A stretch of 64,000 nt of DNA from a virus (taxonomy: Duplodnaviria > Caudoviricetes), in the IMG/VR virus record IMGVR_UViG_2899924645_000001, positions 1-64,000 of that record, one strand, 5' to 3'. Both the position numbers and the translations under genes were made by a program. The notes beneath the pieces are model-generated. The model was given only the letters and a program-made list of their open reading frames with translations. It ran no database searches and was not told where the DNA came from. Shown here piece after piece: positions 27,748 through 36,099 of this stretch. Every line of letters begins with the position of its first letter. Within the stretch, counting starts at the first letter, position 1.

Positions 27748-28767
27748 CTAGTTGGCGAGTTCGATGTTTTCCACGAGGGCCGCGCGGCCGTAGTCCTCGA
27801 CGACATAGGCGTCGTTCGAAGATTCGTAGTTCTCGATCTGGTCGCGCTCGGGCACGTCCTTGATGTTTCGGCGGCGTGCATCGCGCTGCCAGTACAGCGA
27901 CAGGTTGGACAGGGTCGTCACCATCACCTTGCCAGCCGGGAAGAACGGCACGGTGACGGCCTGCAGGCCGCCTACGCGCTTCTGGCTGATGATGATGTCG
28001 GCGGCCAGAGACTCGGTCGGCGGCTGGTCCTTGTTGACCAGTGGAAAGTACTTGTCGTGCATCAGCCCACGGCCGACGACGGCGACGAGGTCCGGGTCTT
28101 CCTGATACCAGGGGTCCAGCAGCGTGATGGCGTCGTAGACGACGGCATCGAGGTTGGCGTAGTCGCTGGTCGCCTTGTCCGCGCCGACGATGACCTTGCC
28201 GGCCTGCTTGCTGCCCTGGGCGAGCACGTTCTCCGGCGCGTGCTCGCGCATGTGCTGCAGCCAGCCCTTGTTCACGTCCTGCAGCAGCGGGTTCGCGGCG
28301 AGATCGGTGGTGGCGGCGATGCTGGTGCCGTTGAAGCCGACGCAGATGCGGTCGAGCGTCTGGCGCCGGATGATGGCGTCTCGCAGCAGGGTCTGGAAGT
28401 TGGGGAAACCGGCCCAGGCGTCGAGCTGCGCATAGCGGATGGCAGTGTCGAAGTTGGTCTGCACGCAGCGGTACTGGTTGTCGTCGAGCGCTGCGAGGTT
28501 GCGCGGCTTGCGCGTACCGTTGCCGCTGGTGTCGGTGCGGCTCGCCACCGGACCGCTCACACCGACGCCGACCTTGGCGGCAATCTGCTCGGTAACGCCG
28601 ATGACGTTGATGCGCTGCAGGAACGCACTCGATTCCTGCATCTTCGATTCGAGGGTCTGCTGTACGCGCGGCTCGACATTGAATTTCTGAACGACGCTCG
28701 CGACTCCGTTGAGGGTGGCCAGCTGAGTGAAGTAGGCGTCAATGGCCTGGCGAGTTTCTTTGCGCAT
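27748..28767 (-). CDS. N: Major capsid protein N
   Basis: MRKETR..FNVEPRVQQTLE..LDRICVGFNG. Confidence 0.95.
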   Translation of the reverse strand: MRKETRQAIDAYFTQLATLNGVASVVQKFNVEPRVQQTLESKMQESSAFLQRINVIGVTEQIAAKVGVGVSGPVASRTDTSGNGTRKPRNLAALDDNQYRCVQTNFDTAIRYAQLDAWAGFPNFQTLLRDAIIRRQTLDRICVGFNGTSIAATTDLAANPLLQDVNKGWLQHMREHAPENVLAQGSKQAGKVIVGADKATSDYANLDAVVYDAITLLDPWYQEDPDLVAVVGRGLMHDKYFPLVNKDQPPTESLAADIIISQKRVGGLQAVTVPFFPAGKVMVTTLSNLSLYWQRDARRRNIKDVPERDQIENYESSNDAYVVEDYGRAALVENIELAN

Positions 28768-28824
28768 GGTGTGTGCTGCCTGTGTGGTGTTGCGGATGAG
28801 GTGCTTGCGGTTGGTCGACTTGGC

Positions 28825-29667
28825 TCAGCAGTCGGTCTTCGTGGTGCCGTTGCCGCCTGTGGCCAGCGGGCGAGTGGTGCCGGTCGGCGTGGTGTCGAGG
28901 ACGGAGTACTTGGCCTTCAAGTCGGCTACGGTGGTCTGCAGGTCGCCGATGGTTTTGTCGCGAGCGGACAGCTTCTGTTCGGTGGCGGTGACGTGGGCCG
29001 CGAAGGCGTCGCCGATCTGCTCGAAGCCTTCCGCGATGGCGGCGAAGCGCGCATCGTCGGTGGCGGTCTTCGCGCCGAACTTCGCCAGGGCACCCGCGAC
29101 GGCCGCGCGGAACTTGGCTAGGGCGCCTTCGTCGGGCGCGTCCTCGAATTCGAGGGTGAACTCTTCGGCGGCGGTGAAGAGGTCGTCGGGCTTGTCCTTG
29201 CGCGCGGCGAAGGGGTTGGCGCTTGGGTTCTTGGCAGCGAACTCCAGCATTTCGGTGCCGAGGCTCGCTGGGTTGTCGGTGACGGCCAGGCCGACGAGAT
29301 AGGCCTTCTCGCTGTCGGCGAAGCGCGGCCGGACTTCCATCGACGAGTAGATCTTCTGGCGCTTCTTGTTGAGGTCGATCAGCTCATCGGTGGGGGAGAT
29401 CTGCGCGAAGAGGGCGAGCTTCTTCACGCCGCCGATCTCGACTTCGCCCGTCTTTACAGCGGTGACATCGCCATAGGCGCGGAAGTCGCTGTTCGGGCTG
29501 TAGCCGCGCATGTGCTCGATGTTGACGCGGGCGCCGTAGACGTTCGGGTCGTAGCTGGCGGCGATCTGTTCCAGCATCGCACGGTCGATGACGCGGCCGT
29601 CGCTGGTCGCGCCTTCGACGGCGACGCGGAAGAACTTGGAGACCGGCTTCTTTGCGGGTGTGGACAT
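28825..29667 (-). CDS. O: Capsid scaffolding protein O
   Basis: FFRVAVEGATSDGRVI..YLVGLAVTDNPASLGTE. Confidence 0.95.
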   Translation of the reverse strand: MSTPAKKPVSKFFRVAVEGATSDGRVIDRAMLEQIAASYDPNVYGARVNIEHMRGYSPNSDFRAYGDVTAVKTGEVEIGGVKKLALFAQISPTDELIDLNKKRQKIYSSMEVRPRFADSEKAYLVGLAVTDNPASLGTEMLEFAAKNPSANPFAARKDKPDDLFTAAEEFTLEFEDAPDEGALAKFRAAVAGALAKFGAKTATDDARFAAIAEGFEQIGDAFAAHVTATEQKLSARDKTIGDLQTTVADLKAKYSVLDTTPTGTTRPLATGGNGTTKTDC

Positions 29668-29767
29668 TGGTTGGCTCGCTGCTTGTTGAACGGGGTATCG
29701 CGTGGTGTTCGCGATGCGGTGAGCCAATGGTGTCGGTGCGTCCGTCCGCTCTCAAGCCGCCGCGCGT

Positions 29768-29784
29768 GTGGCTGTGGCGGGCAC
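29768..29784. promoter_or_regulatory. Candidate Ogr-type late promoter dyad upstream of P
   Basis: GTGG-N9-GCAC, 49 nt from the P start; shares GCGGGCACTG with the V site. Confidence 0.45.
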
Positions 29785-29832
29785 TGTTGGACGTGGTGGT
29801 GATGCTTCGCGCGCGCGGGCAACCTCGGCGGC

Positions 29833-31743
29833 ATGCCCCTGAAATCCGCTGCGTCCGGCCGCACTCGCCGGACTGTTTCTGTCGCTGCGAAGAAGTCCGC
29901 GTCGCACCAGCGTGGACGGGCTTCGAACGTCGCCAAAGCGGCGGCGCCTGCTGCCGATGTGGCCGGCGTCGCGAGCACTGCGGCGGGCCAGATTGCCACG
30001 TTGACGCCGCAGGCGCAACCCCGCACCGCGGCGCGGTTCCTCGCGTGGACGGGCTGGAAGGTCAAGCAGATCGCGGAGCACCTGGGCGTGCCGGCGTCGA
30101 CGGTCTACGGCTGGAAGGAGGCCGACAAGTGGGATGACGCGCAGCCGCTCGACCGAGTGAACGGCGCGCTCGAAGTGCGGCTCATCCAGCTGATTCTGAA
30201 GACCGAGAAGACGGGCGGCGACTACAAGGAGATCGACCTGCTGGGCCGGCAGCTGGAGCGCACGGCCCGCGTCGAGAAGTACCAGCAGACGGGGCGCGAG
30301 GGCGACCTGAATCCGAACATCGCGGCACGCAATGCAGCGCCGAAGCGAAAGCCCAAGCGCAACGAGTTCAGCGAAGACCAGATCGCGCTGCTCGAATCGA
30401 AGCTGCGCGAATCGAACTTCCCGTTTCATCAGACGTGGTTCGATCAGCAGTACCAGCGGCTGCGCGCGATCCTCAAGTCGCGGCAGATCGGCGCGACGTT
30501 CTATTTCTCGCGCGAGGCGCTGCTGTCGGCCGCGAAGGAGGGGCGCAACAAGCTCTTTCTGTCGGCCTCGAAGGCGCAGGCCCACCAGTTCCGAAGCTAC
30601 ATCGTGGATTTCGCGAAAGAGGTCGATGTCGACCTCAAGGGCGAGAACATCAAGCTTTGGAACGGCGCCGAGCTGATCTTCCTGGGCACGAACGCGATGA
30701 CGGCCCAGTCGTATCACGGCGACTTCTACTTCGATGAGTTCTTTTGGGTTCCGCGCTTTCGGACCATCAACAAGCTGGCCAGCGCGATGGCTTCGCACAA
30801 GCACTGGCGCAAGACCTACTTCTCGACGCCGTCGGCGATGTCGCACGAGGCCTATGGCTTCTGGACCGGCGACGACAGGAACAAGGGCCGCGCGAAGAAA
30901 GACCACGTCCGTATTGACACGACGCACAGGACGTTGCGCGGCGGGGCGTTGGGTCTCGACCGGAAGTGGCGCGACATCGTCACAGTGGAAGACGCTGTGG
31001 CGCTGGGCTTCGATCTCTTCGACATCGCCGAGCTGCGCGAGGAATACAGCGTCGACGAGTTCGCGAACCTGTTCATGTGCCAGTTCATCGACGACAGCCT
31101 TTCGCTGTTCACGCTGGCGCAGATGCAAGCCTGCATGGTCGACAGCTGGGAGACGTGGAGCGATGTCAAGCCGTTATGGCTTCGGCCCTATGCGCATCAC
31201 CCTGTGTGGATCGGCTATGACCCTTCGGATAAGGGCGATGCGGCGGCGTTGGTTGTCGTGGCGCCGCCGCGGGTGCCCGGCGGCAAGTTCCGCATCCTGC
31301 ACAGAGAGCAGTTCAAGGGCTCCGACTTCGAGGCCCAGGCCGAGGCGATCCGGCGCGTCACGCAGCAATACAACGTCGTGCACATCGGCATCGACAAGAC
31401 GGGCCTTGGCGCCGGCGTTTTCCAGATCGTGGAGAAGTTCTTCCCCCAGGTGAAGGGCTACCAGTACAGCATCGAGGTGAAGCAACGCCTCGTGCTGAAG
31501 GCGCAGCAGGTGATTCACAAGGGCAGGCTCGAGTTCGATGCCGGGTGGACCGACATCGCAGCCTCCTTCATGGCCATCAAACGCGTTCTCACGGCCAGCG
31601 GCCGGAATGTGACCTACGACTCGGGCCGCTCGGAAGAGACAGGGCACGCGGATCTTGCGTGGGCAACGATGCACGCGCTCGACAACGAAACACTCGCCGG
31701 CGACGTGGTCGGCGGCAGCTCTCGCATGGAGATTTTTGGATGA
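29833..31743 (+). CDS. P: Terminase ATPase subunit P
   Basis: LKSRQIGATFYF Walker A-like; YFDEFFW. Confidence 0.95.
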   Translation: MPLKSAASGRTRRTVSVAAKKSASHQRGRASNVAKAAAPAADVAGVASTAAGQIATLTPQAQPRTAARFLAWTGWKVKQIAEHLGVPASTVYGWKEADKWDDAQPLDRVNGALEVRLIQLILKTEKTGGDYKEIDLLGRQLERTARVEKYQQTGREGDLNPNIAARNAAPKRKPKRNEFSEDQIALLESKLRESNFPFHQTWFDQQYQRLRAILKSRQIGATFYFSREALLSAAKEGRNKLFLSASKAQAHQFRSYIVDFAKEVDVDLKGENIKLWNGAELIFLGTNAMTAQSYHGDFYFDEFFWVPRFRTINKLASAMASHKHWRKTYFSTPSAMSHEAYGFWTGDDRNKGRAKKDHVRIDTTHRTLRGGALGLDRKWRDIVTVEDAVALGFDLFDIAELREEYSVDEFANLFMCQFIDDSLSLFTLAQMQACMVDSWETWSDVKPLWLRPYAHHPVWIGYDPSDKGDAAALVVVAPPRVPGGKFRILHREQFKGSDFEAQAEAIRRVTQQYNVVHIGIDKTGLGAGVFQIVEKFFPQVKGYQYSIEVKQRLVLKAQQVIHKGRLEFDAGWTDIAASFMAIKRVLTASGRNVTYDSGRSEETGHADLAWATMHALDNETLAGDVVGGSSRMEIFG

Positions 31744-32807
31744 GCAAACGCAAGGGCACGCACGCCCACAGATCGACGCACGCCGCGCCGTTGGCTAATG
31801 CTGACGCCGCGGGTGCGAACCTGATGGCACAGCCGGGCGGTGGCGCTGTCGCGGCCTTCAGTTTCGGCGACCCCGAGCCGGTGAGCCGCATTCAGCTGCT
31901 CGACTACGTCGAGAGCATGTTCAACGGCCGCTGGTACGAGCCGCCGCTTCCATGGGAAGGGCTGGCGAGCGCGTTCCGGGCTTCGCCGCACCATGGCTCT
32001 GCGATCTTCCTGAAGCGCAATCTGCTTAAGACGATGTTCATCCCGCACCCACGGCTGTCGAGCGCGACATTCGGCGCGATGGCGCTGGATTTCTTGGTCT
32101 TCGGCAATGCCTACGTCGAGCAGCCGCGCGCCGCAACGGGCCGGCCGCTGGCGCTGCAGCACGCGCTGGCCAAATTCACGCGGCGCGGGGAAGAGGAGGG
32201 CCGCTACTTCTTCGTGCGTGGCTGGCATCAGGAGCACGAGTTCCCCGCTGGCTCGGTTTTCCATCTGCGTGAAGACGATGTCAATCAGGAGGTCTATGGC
32301 CTGCCCGAGTACATCAGCGCGCTGCAGTCGGCCTGGCTCAACGAGTCGGCCACGATGTTCCGGCGCAAGTACTACGCGAACGGCTCGCATGCGGGCTTCA
32401 TCCTGTACCTGTCGGATGCGCAGGTCAGCACCACCGACGCGGACGCGTTGCGCGAGGCGCTGAAGGGGGCGAAGGGGCCGGGCAATTTCCGGAATCTGTT
32501 CCTGCATGCGCCTGGTGGCAAGTCCGATGGCCTGAAGCTGATCCCCGTTAGCGAGGTGGCTGCGAAGGACGACTTCGCGGCGATCAAGAACGTGAGCAAG
32601 GACGACGTGCTCGCCGCCCACCGCGTGCCGCCGGGCCTGCTCGGCATCGTGCCGACCAACGCCGGCGGGTTCGGCAATGCGCCGGACGCGCTGGGGGTGT
32701 TCATCGACAACGAGATCCGGCCGCTGATGCAGCGCTTTCGCGAGCTCAACGAGTGGGCAGGGGAGGAACTGGTGCGGTTCCTCGTGCCGGAGCGGAAGGC
32801 CGCGTAA
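31740..32807 (+). CDS. Q: Portal protein Q (PBSX family)
   Basis: FSFGDPEPV..WYEPP..QEVYGLPEY..GFGN. Confidence 0.95.
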   Translation: MSKRKGTHAHRSTHAAPLANADAAGANLMAQPGGGAVAAFSFGDPEPVSRIQLLDYVESMFNGRWYEPPLPWEGLASAFRASPHHGSAIFLKRNLLKTMFIPHPRLSSATFGAMALDFLVFGNAYVEQPRAATGRPLALQHALAKFTRRGEEEGRYFFVRGWHQEHEFPAGSVFHLREDDVNQEVYGLPEYISALQSAWLNESATMFRRKYYANGSHAGFILYLSDAQVSTTDADALREALKGAKGPGNFRNLFLHAPGGKSDGLKLIPVSEVAAKDDFAAIKNVSKDDVLAAHRVPPGLLGIVPTNAGGFGNAPDALGVFIDNEIRPLMQRFRELNEWAGEELVRFLVPERKAA

Positions 32808-32915
32808 GGCCAGTGAACCTACGCGCTCAGAGACTCGGGGTGCCTTCCTACGATTGCACGGTTGCGACTAGCGGCGTATGGGAGAGGCCCAATGTCTCCT
32901 GATCCAGAGTGCGCG

Positions 32916-34358
32916 CTACTTGGCGAGCGCGAAGAACTGCGGCCGGTTGGCTCCGGCCGCGTGCACGGTTTGCAGAGCGAGCGCGCCGGTGCTCCGGTCG
33001 ATCGTAAAGACCGAGATCGTGTTGTCGCCCTGGTTCGCCGTATAGGCGAACCGGCCTGTGCGATCCACGGTGACGGAGTTGGGCGTGTTGGCGCCGACGG
33101 AGAACGGCTGGCCCGGTACGGCCGTCAGCGCGCCGGTTCGTGGGTTGATGGCGTAGGCCGAGACGTTGTGGGAATTCCTGTTCGCAACGTACACGAAGCG
33201 ACCGGTCGGATCGATGGCCATGCCAAAGGGCGTGTTACCGGAGGGCACCGAGCCGATCGAAGTCAACGCGCCTGTGGTTTGGTCAATGGAATAAGCGCGC
33301 AGGGTGCCGGGGTTGTTGCCAGTGCTCACGTAGGCGAAACGGCCGCTGGGTTCAGCCGCGACGTCGACGATGCCGCTGACTGGCAGCGCAACCGACGCGG
33401 GTGGCGAGATCGGAACGCCGGTGCCCTGATCCAAGCGGAACACCTCGATGGACGCGCCGTTGGGCACGAACGCGAATCGCCCCTCGGGATCGAAACCTAA
33501 CTTGCGACTGTTGCCGCCGGCCACGGCCACGGCCGTGCTGCCGTCGAGGTCGCCGGTGGTGGCGTCGATATTGAGCCGATGGATCTGCCCATCGCCGATC
33601 ACGTAGGCAAAACGTCCCTTGGGTTCGACGCCGACAAAAACCGGGCTCGTGCCGACGCCGGTGGTCAGATTGAGGTTCTGCGACAGCGTGCCGGCGGGGT
33701 CGATGGTGGATTGAGTGACGCCTTCGGTCCCGACGTAGACGCTGGTGTAGAGCTTTTTCCCCGAGGGATGCGCGGTCACGTGCTGGGGCGTGCCTGCCAA
33801 GGGGTACGCAGTGGCTGCTGACAAGCTGCCATCCGGAGAAACGGTGTATGCAGTCAGACTGTTCGATCCCTCATTGGCCGCAAAGCCGAAACGGTCGGCT
33901 CCGGCCTCCGAGCAATTGACCGTCACCGAGCTCACCGCCGCCCCCGCAACCGTTCCGAAGGCCTGTTTCGCAACACAGACCTGCAGCGCCGTGGGCTGCG
34001 TCTTCACGGTCACGCCGTACTCGGCACCGTCGTCCAGCGAAGAAGCGAAGCTGAAGCTCCCGTCGGCGGCTACGGCCAGGTCGTCACCTGCGTTGTTCTG
34101 CAGCACCAGCCCGCTGCCTGCCAGGCCGGTGACGGTGCCGCCGACAGTGAACTTCAGCGCGCCCGCTGGCGGCGCAGGGGGAGGCGGCGGCGGCGGTGGC
34201 GGGGGTGGCGGCGGCGCGTCGCCTACGCCGCTGTTGGCCGGAGGAAAGGGACCAAAGGAGAAGCCTCCGCCTCCACCGCCGCCGCACGATGTAAGCATCA
34301 AGGGCACGGCGATGGCCAGGGCGAGGCTCAGGCGGGTGCGACAGGGCAGTGGCGGCAT
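32916..34358 (-). CDS. Lipoprotein with Pro/Gly linker, Ig-like domain and lactonase-type beta-propeller (moron)
   Basis: Lipobox LMLTS-C, poly-G/poly-P, repeated DPxGRFAYV blades. Confidence 0.8.
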   Translation of the reverse strand: MPPLPCRTRLSLALAIAVPLMLTSCGGGGGGGFSFGPFPPANSGVGDAPPPPPPPPPPPPPAPPAGALKFTVGGTVTGLAGSGLVLQNNAGDDLAVAADGSFSFASSLDDGAEYGVTVKTQPTALQVCVAKQAFGTVAGAAVSSVTVNCSEAGADRFGFAANEGSNSLTAYTVSPDGSLSAATAYPLAGTPQHVTAHPSGKKLYTSVYVGTEGVTQSTIDPAGTLSQNLNLTTGVGTSPVFVGVEPKGRFAYVIGDGQIHRLNIDATTGDLDGSTAVAVAGGNSRKLGFDPEGRFAFVPNGASIEVFRLDQGTGVPISPPASVALPVSGIVDVAAEPSGRFAYVSTGNNPGTLRAYSIDQTTGALTSIGSVPSGNTPFGMAIDPTGRFVYVANRNSHNVSAYAINPRTGALTAVPGQPFSVGANTPNSVTVDRTGRFAYTANQGDNTISVFTIDRSTGALALQTVHAAGANRPQFFALAK

Positions 34359-34675
34359 TTCTTTTACTTTAGGAAACAAATGTGGCGGCGATGTTATCGG
34401 GACGCGCTGCCATTTGCACGCCCCGCGGCTGGCCGCCACTTCGTGCCAGATGCTGTCGAATTCAGCCACTTCGTCCAGCGTCGCACCGCCGTGGTGGTTT
34501 GGATGACGCAGATTCGCGCAGATGGCCTCCAAACACGACTTGTTCGCTCAAAGGTCCCCTTGCCCTTGCCTTGGGCCGCTCGGCCTCTCCATGGGGCTGC
34601 CACGGGCCTCGTAGCGATCCCGCCGCCTCCACGACCGTCCCCCCGACGCGGGCCGCCCGTCCCCGCCGACGCGCG

Positions 34676-34694
34676 GTCTAGCCCCCACCGAGCC
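34676..34694. other. Candidate P2-type cos site
   Basis: GTCTAGCCCCCACCGAGCC followed by CGCGGGCTTCG; 11/19 identity to the P2 cohesive end (GTGCTTTCCCCGCCTCGCC); downstream of Q. Confidence 0.5.
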
Positions 34695-35120
34695 CGCGGG
34701 CTTCGGGTAGTTGTTTTTACGACCCGGTCGGTGAGGTTTTAGGGGGGGCGGGTGTTGGAGCCGCGGTTGCTGTGCGAGGAGCGCCCCATGTACCCGTTAT
34801 TACGGGTTTTTCTCTCGTTATGCGTCGCGAGCCGGAGCTGTCGCAGCTGCGGGCTGTCTTGGGTAGACCAACACGTACGGCTACAGCTGGCCTTAGCCGT
34901 CGTTCACTGGCGAGAAGCGACCGACCGCGATTGTTGCGGTCTCGTCCCGAAGCCGCCGGATGACTGCCGTCATCGAAAGCTGACGTAGCTAACGCTCGGC
35001 GTTCGAGTACGCGGCGCGTCGTGGGCGTGCGGAAGCGTTGATTTGAGTCAAATATGTTACAAATGTGTTATATATGTAGGGGGCCACGCGGTCTCCGGGA
35101 AACGCAGAGGAGAACAAGCG

Positions 35121-35987
35121 GTGCATCCCTTTAGCCTAGGACAGGAGTACGAGCGAGCTGCCTTGCTCTCCTTCGTCGGCAGCCGCCAAGCCCAGCCAGG
35201 GGTGATCTGGGGAAGTAGGGAGCCAGGCTGCGTCATCTGTACTTCAGGAGGCCGGCACGGCAAGCAGGCCGGGTACGTGGACGGGCAGCAGCCTGATGGT
35301 TCGTGGGTCTACGTGGGCCAGGGCACTAGCGGGGACCAGCGACTTGAGAACTCGGCGAACGCGAAGCTCGCATCGTTCGATCGATCTGTGTTGCTATTCA
35401 CCACGCGCGAGCCCAACTCCAGGGAGATTGCGCTGCGCGGGTACGGCAAGCACTACGTCTTCCGAGGTGCATTCAATGTCGCTGGCTTCGAGTTCTTCTC
35501 CCCCGACTCGGGATCGAGGAAGGGCGACCGCCTGCTGCGATTCTTCTTAATGCCGGCAGACGACAGCTACATTGAAAGCCAAGCGTTCGAGCCGAGCGTC
35601 ACCGCTGAGCACGAGTTGTCACTCCGTGCCATGCAATTGAAGCTTCGCGAATTAGCAAGTCCAGCCAAGCAGAAGAGGCTGACGACGATCGAGTACCGAG
35701 CGCGCAGTGCGGCAGTGCATCGATACGCGTTGGCCAGGGCGAAGGGTAGTTGTGAGTGCTGCGGCTTGGGCGCACCCTTTGAAAGCGATCAGGGCATTCC
35801 ATACCTGGAGGTGCATCATCTCTTGAGGTTGGCAGACGATGGTCCTGATGCGCCAAGCAACGTAGCTGCCGTTTGCCCGAACTGCCATCGTGCCCTGCAT
35901 CATTCCAAGGGACGAGCTGCTCTCGCGGCGTCGTTGCGTTTGCGGGTTGCGAAGTTCGAAGATGAAATCGTCCATGCGCCTGGGTAA
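35121..35987 (+). CDS. HNH endonuclease with N-terminal SRA/PUA-like domain (type IV McrA-like)
   Basis: YVGQGTSGDQ..N SRA-like motif; CECC..LEVHH..DAPSNVAAVCPNCH; GAGGAGA RBS before GTG at 35121. Confidence 0.8.
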   Translation: MHPFSLGQEYERAALLSFVGSRQAQPGVIWGSREPGCVICTSGGRHGKQAGYVDGQQPDGSWVYVGQGTSGDQRLENSANAKLASFDRSVLLFTTREPNSREIALRGYGKHYVFRGAFNVAGFEFFSPDSGSRKGDRLLRFFLMPADDSYIESQAFEPSVTAEHELSLRAMQLKLRELASPAKQKRLTTIEYRARSAAVHRYALARAKGSCECCGLGAPFESDQGIPYLEVHHLLRLADDGPDAPSNVAAVCPNCHRALHHSKGRAALAASLRLRVAKFEDEIVHAPG

Positions 35988-36099
35988 GCGCGGCCCTTCA
36001 ACGAGCCTGGGCTTGGGCGTTCGATCCCTCTTGAGCAGGCCAGCGCCAACGACGTACCGTCACCGACAATCCTGTCCGTCCAACTAGAACACGCACTCG

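Noticed and set aside
34170-34285. GGC/GGT-rich low-complexity tract
   Set aside because: Encodes the poly-Gly and poly-Pro linker of the lipoprotein; not a separate repeat element
34359-34532. 58-aa in-frame N-terminal extension of the lipoprotein ORF
   Set aside because: Signal peptide and lipobox fit a start at 34358; the extension would block export
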